Part shown: one piece after another, positions 8,613 to 15,572 of the stretch
Layout: every line of letters starts with the position of its first letter
How positions within the stretch are numbered: the first letter of the stretch is position 1
Assembly (NCBI GenBank): GCA_051747805.1
Contig: JBNJGP010000061.1
Location: 1 to 15,864, forward strand
Direction: 5' to 3'
DNA from: Candidatus Muiribacteriota bacterium
Lineage (GTDB): Bacteria; Muiribacteriota; Muiribacteriia; Muiribacteriales; Muiribacteriaceae
DNA: 15,864 nucleotides
The notes under the pieces: model-generated
The model's input: the letters and a program-made list of their open reading frames with translations, nothing else
The model's database searches: none
What the model was told of the DNA's origin: nothing
Translations under genes and position numbers: made by a program

Positions 8613-9556
8613 AAAAATTAATCTTTGTTTTTGTTTTTTTTTCAATATACTTAAGTATTTTATCCTTTCAGAATTTAAGTCAGGAGCATGATTTAAGTTT
8701 TTTTACCGGAAGTTCTTTGGATAATCATTTATATTTTGACTCCAGATTTGAAACCTTCAAGTACAGCGATGATTTTTACTTTAATGCAAGGGTGAGATTC
8801 CGTGGCGATAAAGATGATTTGGACCTGTCTTTTGACCGGGCTTATATGAATTATGCCGAAGATAAAACCTCAATAACCCTTGGCAGACAGCGAATTTACT
8901 GGGGGTTAAGTCATGTTTTTAATTATACAGATATTTTTAATGATATTGATGTTGCAGACCCTAAAAAAGATAGAACTGGTGTTGACGCTTTAAGAATATT
9001 ATATAATGAAACCTTTTTTTCAAGAATAGAGCTTGCAAACGAGTTTAAATCGGGTAATGATAATTTCGCACTCAGATATACTCAGTTTAAAGATGGCTGG
9101 GAATATATGATTAACTATCTTAATTACTCAAGAATGGGAGTTGATTTTCAGGATTATATTTTAGAATTTCAGGGTAATTTAAAAGTTGGATTATGGGGAC
9201 AAATAATCAGCCATCAAAAACCAGTAACAAATAATACTTATGTATTAGGATTAGATTATTCATATCTTTTAAAAAATACAACTTTATATTTAATTTCTGA
9301 ATTTTCATTTAGTGAAAAAGCTGACTATTATTATTTTGGCGCAAATTATAGTTTAAGCGATTATCAGTCAGTAGATATAGGTTATACAGAAAGCGATAGT
9401 GATAGACTTTTTTTTCAGGCAGGAACTGATTATATGATTGATGATTTTAAAAGTTTCAGAGTTCAGTACAGCAGGCTTTATTCTGGAAATTCTCAACTAT
9501 TTCCAGGGCTTTCTAGTGGGCATGAAATTGAAGTTACATATTCTATAAGTAGATAA
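8609..9556 (+). CDS. Exported hypothetical protein, probable outer-membrane beta-barrel
   Basis: Signal-peptide-like N-terminus and many aromatic-rich alternating strands (FDRAYMNY, ITLGRQRIYWG, GVDALRI, EIEVTYS). ATGA overlap with tetR. Confidence 0.6.
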   Translation: MKKLIFVFVFFSIYLSILSFQNLSQEHDLSFFTGSSLDNHLYFDSRFETFKYSDDFYFNARVRFRGDKDDLDLSFDRAYMNYAEDKTSITLGRQRIYWGLSHVFNYTDIFNDIDVADPKKDRTGVDALRILYNETFFSRIELANEFKSGNDNFALRYTQFKDGWEYMINYLNYSRMGVDFQDYILEFQGNLKVGLWGQIISHQKPVTNNTYVLGLDYSYLLKNTTLYLISEFSFSEKADYYYFGANYSLSDYQSVDIGYTESDSDRLFFQAGTDYMIDDFKSFRVQYSRLYSGNSQLFPGLSSGHEIEVTYSISR

Positions 9557-9568
9557 AAAGGAGAAATT

Positions 9569-10255
9569 ATGGAAAAAATTGTTCTCGCTGACATTAATAA
9601 AGATTATCAAATGGGAAAAGTTACAGTAAATGCTGTAAAGGATTTTTCTCTTGAAATAAAAAAAGGAGAATTCACCGTGCTTGCCGGCCCATCGGGATCT
9701 GGAAAAACAACAGTTTTAAATATGATTGGAGCGATGGATAAGCCAACAAGCGGAAAAATTAAAATTGATGATGAAATTATTACAGATTTTAATAATAAGA
9801 AGGGAGCAAATTTCAGAAAAAACAAAATAGGGTTTATTTTTCAAAGTTTTAATTTAATACCAGTATTAACGGGGTTTGAAAATATAATATTTTCACTTGA
9901 TTTACTGGGCACAATATCATCATCCCAACGTAAAGAAAAAGTAAATAAAATAATGAAAGAAATGGAAATTTTTGAATATGCAGAACATAAACCAGATGAA
10001 ATGTCAGGGGGTCAGCAACAGCGTGTGGCCGTTGCCCGTGCATTAGTTAAAGAGCCGGAACTTATTCTGGCTGATGAACCTACAGCAAATCTTGATTCTG
10101 TAACAGGTGAAAATATTTTAAAAATGATGAGAAAACTTAATGAAGATAAAGGAGTTACATTTGTTTTTTCTTCACATGATAAAAAAATCATAGATTATGC
10201 CAAAAAAATAATATGGCTTCGTGACGGGAAAATTGAAAAAATCGAAGAAAAATAA
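9569..10255 (+). CDS. ABC transporter ATP-binding protein, LolD/MacB-type
   Basis: GPSGSGKT, IGFIFQSFNLIP, MSGGQQQRVAVARAL, ILADEPTANLD, SSHD. Confidence 0.95.
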   Translation: MEKIVLADINKDYQMGKVTVNAVKDFSLEIKKGEFTVLAGPSGSGKTTVLNMIGAMDKPTSGKIKIDDEIITDFNNKKGANFRKNKIGFIFQSFNLIPVLTGFENIIFSLDLLGTISSSQRKEKVNKIMKEMEIFEYAEHKPDEMSGGQQQRVAVARALVKEPELILADEPTANLDSVTGENILKMMRKLNEDKGVTFVFSSHDKKIIDYAKKIIWLRDGKIEKIEEK

Positions 10256-10267
10256 TAGGGGGAGCTC

Positions 10268-11500
10268 ATGCTATTAAAAATGGCATTTAGAAATATATTC
10301 CGACATAAAATAAGAACTGCTTTAACTGTTTTTATGATTTTTTTTGGTCTATTTATTGGTATAATTGGCGTTGCTATAAATAACGGGATGTCCAAACAGG
10401 CTGTTGAGTCTTTTATAAGAACAGATATTGGAACAATGATGATTTTTGACAAAGAGTATTATCAAAATAGAGAAGATAATAATCCAATGGATTTTGAACT
10501 GGAAAACGAATATAAAATCCTGGAAGTTATAGAAAACCATTCTGAAATTAGTGCTTATTCTCCCAGAATAAAATTTAGAGGAAGTTTTACAAATGGCAGA
10601 TATGAAATTCCAGTTACTTTTTTGGGTATAAAACCATTATTAGAAGATGACGTTTTTAAAAGAAGCAATTCTATTATCAGCGGGGAGTATATTAGAGAAA
10701 ATGATAATAATCAAATATTAATAGGTAAAAATAATGCCAGAATTCTTGAGCTTGAAGTAGGGGATTATATCACAATAATTGCCAGGGATGCCAAAAAGGG
10801 AATGAACGCACTGGACGTTGAAATAAAAGGGATTTTTGAAACAGGAAATTTAAAAATTGACAATAATGTAATTTTTACCTCGAAAAAACTTGCCCGCGAT
10901 TTTACTCAGAAAGAATTTATAAATGAAATTGTGTTAATGACAAGTTCATTTGAAGAAAAAAATATAGAAAAAATAATAAGTGATTTATCCTCCATATTAA
11001 ACGATAATATAAGAATTATTCCGTGGTATGAAGAAATAGCGGATTTTTTAGCAATGATGGAAGTTGATGCAAAAGGAAATTATATTTTTACTTTTCTTAT
11101 TCTTTTAATGGCTGGATTTGGAATTGCCAACACTTTAATAATGTCAGTATTTGAAAGAAAAAAAGAAATTGGAATTTTATATGCTATGGGATTATCCCGA
11201 AAAAAAATGCTCGGACTATTTACAATAGAGGGAACAATGGTTGGAGTAATTGCCGCTATATTGGCTTGTGCAGCCGGAGCTGTTTTGACAACATATATGT
11301 ATAATCATGGAATATATATACCTGTAGGCTCAGAATATGCAGGAGAAGCTATTCCTATTGGAAACAGAATATATGGATATATTACTCCAGTTAAAATTAT
11401 TTTATTTGGATTAATCGGCGTGGTAATTGCAGCATTATCATCTCTGTATCCTTCATATTTTGCTACAAAAATGAATCCTGTTGAAATAATGAGAGATTAG
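10268..11500 (+). CDS. ABC permease, LolC/E (MacB-PCD + FtsX) type
   Basis: MAFRNIFRHKIRTALT start, one TM, a large periplasmic domain, NTLIMSVFERKKEIGILYAMG, three further TMs and a C-terminal PVEIMR. Confidence 0.92.
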   Translation: MLLKMAFRNIFRHKIRTALTVFMIFFGLFIGIIGVAINNGMSKQAVESFIRTDIGTMMIFDKEYYQNREDNNPMDFELENEYKILEVIENHSEISAYSPRIKFRGSFTNGRYEIPVTFLGIKPLLEDDVFKRSNSIISGEYIRENDNNQILIGKNNARILELEVGDYITIIARDAKKGMNALDVEIKGIFETGNLKIDNNVIFTSKKLARDFTQKEFINEIVLMTSSFEEKNIEKIISDLSSILNDNIRIIPWYEEIADFLAMMEVDAKGNYIFTFLILLMAGFGIANTLIMSVFERKKEIGILYAMGLSRKKMLGLFTIEGTMVGVIAAILACAAGAVLTTYMYNHGIYIPVGSEYAGEAIPIGNRIYGYITPVKIILFGLIGVVIAALSSLYPSYFATKMNPVEIMRD

Positions 11501-11509
11501 GAGAGATAA

Positions 11510-12724
11510 ATGAATGATATTTTAAAAATTGCCTATAGAAATATATCAAGAAACAAAAGAAGGAGCGCTCTTACCATTGCAGTAATAATAATGGGAGTTG
11601 CAATATATGTTTTTGGAATGGGTTATCTTGAAGGCTTTATGTTTTCAAGCTATGAAAGGGCTGTCAGTGCCACAGGTGAAATTAGAATGGTGCATCCTGA
11701 ATTTGAGCTAACTTCGAGAACATTTGATTTGACATCTAATGTTAATCAGGAAGTGATAAATACTTCAGAAGAAGTTGAAGGAGTTAAAAATGCATATGGT
11801 AGAATAAAATTCGGGGGAATGATTTTTTCAGAAGAACATGATCAAACGTCAATAGGATATGGAGTAAAAAAAGGTGATTTAAATGTACTCAAAATCAAGG
11901 ATTATTTAATTGAAGGAGATATTAACAACTGGGAAGACAAAGCCTGCATAATATTAGGAGAAAAACTAGCCGGACAGTTAAGAGTTGGAATCGGTGATGA
12001 AATAACTATAATGACTTCAACGCAATGGAGATCAGTTTCGGCATTCAACTACACAGTAACCGGAATTTTTAAGCACAGGTATTCAATGTATAATGAAATG
12101 TTTGTATTACCGCTGGGTGAAGCTCAATATCTTCTTGATATGGAAAATTCTGTTTCAGAAATAGTATTTTTTGTGAAAGAGTTAAGAGAACTTGAACAGG
12201 TGAAAAAGCGTCTTGAAAAAGTTTCAGACAAGTTTGTTGTTGAAGCCTGGAACGAAATTGGAATGAATAAAACAATGGATGACTGGATGTGGATAGGAAA
12301 GTTTTTAATAATGTTTATATTTGGCTCTCTGTCATCTATAGCAATAGTTAATACAATGATGATGGTTGTGCTTGAAAGAAAACGGGAAATAGGTGTTCTT
12401 GAATCTATGGGAATGAACAGAGGTCAGGTTAGTTTTCTGCTGATTTCTGAAGGAATGATAATGGGAATTATAGGCACATGTGCAGGTATAATAATAGGAA
12501 TAGGAGTTACATATTATTTTTCGGTTTTTGGTCTTAATTTTGGTGAATCCTCAAAAGAAATTCTTGAAGTTTATCAGATGGAGCATATTCTTTATCCGAT
12601 TGTTAAACTTCGAAGCGTATTTGAAGGATTATTAATTGGAATGATATTTTCCCTTCTTGGAACATTATTTCCAGTAATACCAATGACAGGGAAAAAACCA
12701 GCCGAGCTTTTGAAGAATAGATGA
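11510..12724 (+). CDS. Second ABC permease, LolC/E (MacB-PCD + FtsX) type
   Basis: IAYRNISRNKRRSALT and NTMMMVVLERKREIGVLESMG, with the same topology as the preceding permease. Confidence 0.92.
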   Translation: MNDILKIAYRNISRNKRRSALTIAVIIMGVAIYVFGMGYLEGFMFSSYERAVSATGEIRMVHPEFELTSRTFDLTSNVNQEVINTSEEVEGVKNAYGRIKFGGMIFSEEHDQTSIGYGVKKGDLNVLKIKDYLIEGDINNWEDKACIILGEKLAGQLRVGIGDEITIMTSTQWRSVSAFNYTVTGIFKHRYSMYNEMFVLPLGEAQYLLDMENSVSEIVFFVKELRELEQVKKRLEKVSDKFVVEAWNEIGMNKTMDDWMWIGKFLIMFIFGSLSSIAIVNTMMMVVLERKREIGVLESMGMNRGQVSFLLISEGMIMGIIGTCAGIIIGIGVTYYFSVFGLNFGESSKEILEVYQMEHILYPIVKLRSVFEGLLIGMIFSLLGTLFPVIPMTGKKPAELLKNR

Positions 12725-12726
12725 GG

Positions 12727-13008
12727 CAGTAAAGTTGACTGAAGTCAACAGTAATTGATTATAAAAAGCATAATCAAGTTATTGTTTTTTGCAAAACAAG
12801 TTATTATTCACAGGCCTAAACTCCTGTGAACAAGTAATTGTCTTTGACAAGTAAATGCATTAAAAGTTATTGTTTTTGCTGTCATTCCTGCGAATGCAGG
12901 AAACCATAGCTTTTGCTTTTTATTGTCATGCCGGGCTTGTCCCGGTATCTAGTTTCAGGTGATTTCACTTGTTTGTTGAAAACAAACAATAACATCTGCG
13001 CAGCAGAT
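12727..13008. repeat. Intergenic array of about 10 short inverted repeats with a recurring CAAGTWATTG-like junction motif and two GTCAT-headed REP-like palindromes
   Basis: Stems read directly at 12734-49, 12755-77, 12782-99, 12807-30, 12838-50, 12885-902, 12928-48, 12956-71, 12969-89 and 12994-13008. Confidence 0.8.
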
Positions 13009-13022
13009 AAACAGGAGGTTTT

Positions 13023-13769
13023 ATGAAAAAAAAATTAATTTTTTTGATGATTTTCGTAATGTCTATATTAAACGTTGCATCTGAACTAACAGTAAATGAA
13101 ATATTAGAAAAAATTGATGAAAATATGATACCAAAAACAACAGAATACGAAGCAGAAATGATTATCTCCAGACCAGACAGAACAACGACAAAAAGATTTA
13201 AAAGCTATACCAGAGGAGATACAGAGGCATTTATAGAATTTACCTATCCTCCAAGAGATAGTGGAACAAAATACTTAAGAATAGAAAAGGATTTATGGAT
13301 GTATTTACCAGGTGCATCAAGAACAGTAAAAATTTCAGGACATATGTTAAGACAGTCAATGATGGGAAGTGATTTTTCATATGAAGACCAGACAGAAAAC
13401 AGAACTCTGAATGAACAGTATAACGCCAAAATTCTGCAGGAAGCAGAATACAACGACAGGGAAGTATATATAATTAAATTAGAAGCAAAAGACGGAGTCG
13501 ACCCAGTATATTATATGCAGAAAATATGGGTTGATAAAGAAAAATTTATCTATTATAAAGCAGAGTTATACGGACGAAGCCAAAAACTGTTAAAAACAAT
13601 GCACTTATCTGAATATAAAAATATATCAGACAGATATTATCCAGTTAAAATGAAAATCGAAGATAATTTAAGAGATGATTATTATACAAAAGTAATAATG
13701 AAAAATCTAAAATTGGATACAGATATCCCTGATCATATATTTACTTTAAGAAACCTTGAAAGAAAATAA
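13023..13769 (+). CDS. LolA-like 'outer membrane lipoprotein-sorting' family periplasmic protein
   Basis: Signal peptide, FTYPPRDSGTKYL, LWMYLPG, SMMGSDFSYED and a C-terminal IPDHIFTLRNL. AGGAGG SD and Lol-like ABC context. Confidence 0.88.
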   Translation: MKKKLIFLMIFVMSILNVASELTVNEILEKIDENMIPKTTEYEAEMIISRPDRTTTKRFKSYTRGDTEAFIEFTYPPRDSGTKYLRIEKDLWMYLPGASRTVKISGHMLRQSMMGSDFSYEDQTENRTLNEQYNAKILQEAEYNDREVYIIKLEAKDGVDPVYYMQKIWVDKEKFIYYKAELYGRSQKLLKTMHLSEYKNISDRYYPVKMKIEDNLRDDYYTKVIMKNLKLDTDIPDHIFTLRNLERK

Positions 13770-13848
13770 GGGGGTCAGGTCTCCGGATTTCAGATTTTGA
13801 GTTTTTTTATTGGTGAAACACTGTATTAGATTCAAAACTTGCAATTGT

Positions 13849-13868
13849 ATAACCGTTTAAACGGTTAT
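13849..13868. repeat. Perfect 20-bp palindrome ATAACCGTTTAAACGGTTAT upstream of cas6
   Basis: The sequence equals its own reverse complement. Function is unknown. Confidence 0.7.
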
Positions 13869-13959
13869 GTGAATAGAGTTAATTATTCTGATTGCGTGGA
13901 AGTTATAATAATTTTTTTGGAATATAAACAATAGATAACATTAACTTTAAAATAAATAT

Positions 13960-13988
13960 TTGACCAGAATTTTATGTGTTGTTAGAAT
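13960..13988 (+). promoter_or_regulatory. Putative sigma70 promoter of cas6 with extended -10
   Basis: TTGACC (13960-65), 17 bp, TAGAAT (13983-88), with TG at 13980-81. Confidence 0.65.
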
Positions 13989-14019
13989 AAAAAAAATAAT
14001 AAGGTAAAATTATCAATCA

Positions 14020-14766
14020 ATGAAAATAAAAATCGAATTAATAACAGATAAACCAGTTGTTTTACCTGCTGCATATGGCGCTTATCAGCAGGCATTAATA
14101 TATAATATGCTTGACAGGTTTGATGCCGATTGGCTTCATGAAAAGGGATTTAAATTTGGAAAAAGAAGTTTCAAACTCTTTACTTATTCAGGTATATTAG
14201 AAAGAGGAATTTTTAGAAAAAAAGAAAAAATTTTTGTTTTTCCCCCACAAATTTCTTTTATTGTAAGTTCTCCAGTAGACTGGATTTTAGAACAGACTGC
14301 AAGTAATTTAATAAAAAATGAAAAAGTAAGATTAGAAAATAATCAAATGTATATAAATGCAATATCGGTTATGAGAAAAGAGCCAGTAAAATCTAACAAG
14401 ATAAAAGTGAAAGCTTTATCACCAATAGAAAATCATACAACTCTAGTAAAACCAGACGGAAAAAAATTAACCTATTATTATACTCCCTTTGAAAAAGAAT
14501 TTTCAGAATTGACTAATAATAATCTAAAGAAAAAATGGGAAGCCTTGTTAAATCAGAAATGCCCCTTTGATATTCAAATTAAACCTTTATTTTCTGGAAA
14601 TAAAAATGAAAAAGTAATAATGTTTGGAACCGAAGAAAGAAAAACAGTAATAAAAGGCTGGAAGGGTTATTTTGAATTAAAAGGAGAGCTTCCCATTCTA
14701 AAATTTGCACTGGATGCAGGTTTAGGAAGCCGAAATTCTCAAGGATTTGGTTTGATAACAATTTAA
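14020..14766 (+). CDS. cas6: CRISPR-associated endoribonuclease Cas6 (type I-B/III-like)
   Basis: C-terminal G-rich loop ALDAGLGSRNSQGFG, N-terminal YQQALIY...WLHEKG...FKLFTYS, ISFIVSSP, VKALSPI and IKGWKGYFELKG. Length 248 aa. Confidence 0.93.
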   Translation: MKIKIELITDKPVVLPAAYGAYQQALIYNMLDRFDADWLHEKGFKFGKRSFKLFTYSGILERGIFRKKEKIFVFPPQISFIVSSPVDWILEQTASNLIKNEKVRLENNQMYINAISVMRKEPVKSNKIKVKALSPIENHTTLVKPDGKKLTYYYTPFEKEFSELTNNNLKKKWEALLNQKCPFDIQIKPLFSGNKNEKVIMFGTEERKTVIKGWKGYFELKGELPILKFALDAGLGSRNSQGFGLITI

Positions 14767-14869
14767 CCCTATGATTAAATAATACAACTTTTAGAAGTAA
14801 ATTATAATTATTGCATTCCACTAAGAAGCAAAATTATTTAAAATAATTGATAATTTCTTTTTCAAATTA

Positions 14870-15214
14870 TTGGACAAAGCGTTAGAAAATAAAAAAGTCG
14901 CAGATATATGCAAAATAAATTACTGTTATAATGCGTGGGGAAACCGTATATATTATTGTTTTTATCAATTAACTAGATTAATTACAAATACCGAAAAAAC
15001 AAAATATAATGGTCATAAAGATTTTCTTGCAGTAATAAAAAAGAAGGGTTATAAGGATTTATTTTTTTTAATGAAGGAATTAAAAGGAATAAGAGAAAAA
15101 GCAGATTATTATTTATATGAAAAAGTAACAATTTCAAATATAAATGAATGGGATGATGAAATTGAAACCTTGTATAATAAATATTCAAGGAGGTTACATG
15201 TCAAAAATAAATAA
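14870..15214 (+). CDS. HEPN domain protein (RX4Y type), putative toxin; start codon uncertain
   Basis: KAxE...A...YNAWGNRIYYCFY, a conserved H (NGHKDF) and LKGIREKADY. The frame is open from 14825, and TTG 14870 lacks a clear SD. Confidence 0.8.
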   Translation: MDKALENKKVADICKINYCYNAWGNRIYYCFYQLTRLITNTEKTKYNGHKDFLAVIKKKGYKDLFFLMKELKGIREKADYYLYEKVTISNINEWDDEIETLYNKYSRRLHVKNK

Positions 15215-15572
15215 TTTAATAAAAAAAATAGTTAAAGAGCACAGAGGATTAAAAATATCATTTAAAAGACATTCGAATTTAGATGGAGAAAAATTTATTA
15301 TAATAAATTTAAAAAGTAATTCTCTGGTATTAGATAAAAAAATTAAAATCATAAAAAAAGAAATATATAATTTTATGTATGAAAACGATTTATTTCATTA
15401 TTTGGTGAATTCGTTTTATTATCGAGATATTTTAAATTCAAATGCGGAAAAAGATATATCTCTTGATTTTACACATCAAATTAAATTGAAACCTTTGATT
15501 TATGGGGAAATCAAACCAAGTGAAAAAAATTATGGTGAAAATCAATATTTTGATTTAAAGGATGCTGCCTAA
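15198..15572 (+). CDS. Hypothetical 124-aa protein, putative antitoxin (degenerate MNT-like core plus ChAD-like tail ending in DAA)
   Basis: AAGGAGG (15187-93) before ATG 15198 revises the start from 15144. It overlaps HEPN by 17 bp and the next gene through TAATG. The function is inferred from context. Confidence 0.6.
   Translation: MSKINNLIKKIVKEHRGLKISFKRHSNLDGEKFIIINLKSNSLVLDKKIKIIKKEIYNFMYENDLFHYLVNSFYYRDILNSNAEKDISLDFTHQIKLKPLIYGEIKPSEKNYGENQYFDLKDAA

Noticed and set aside
12727..13008. Hairpin array as the CRISPR array for cas6
   Set aside because: The recurring motif is only about 10 nt, spacing is irregular (about 15-34 nt), and the inserts are self-complementary rather than spacer-like.
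6297..13453. Short ORFs 6297-6518, 9607-9825, 9849-10043, 10195-10452, 10349-10540, 12069-12275 and 13244-13453
   Set aside because: All are antisense to well-supported transporter genes and have no motifs.
13902..13929. GTTATAATAATTTTTTTGGAATATAAAC as a solitary CRISPR repeat
   Set aside because: Only the GTT start and GGAATATAAAC end are repeat-like. It is low-complexity, has no second copy, and cannot be supported without the genome's repeat consensus.
15144..15197. Upstream start for the putative antitoxin (142-aa version)
   Set aside because: It would overlap HEPN by 71 bp, while ATG 15198 has a perfect AAGGAGG SD.
15198..15572. Active MNT (MntA) nucleotidyltransferase of a standard HEPN-MNT pair
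   Set aside because: The GSX10DXD catalytic motif is absent.
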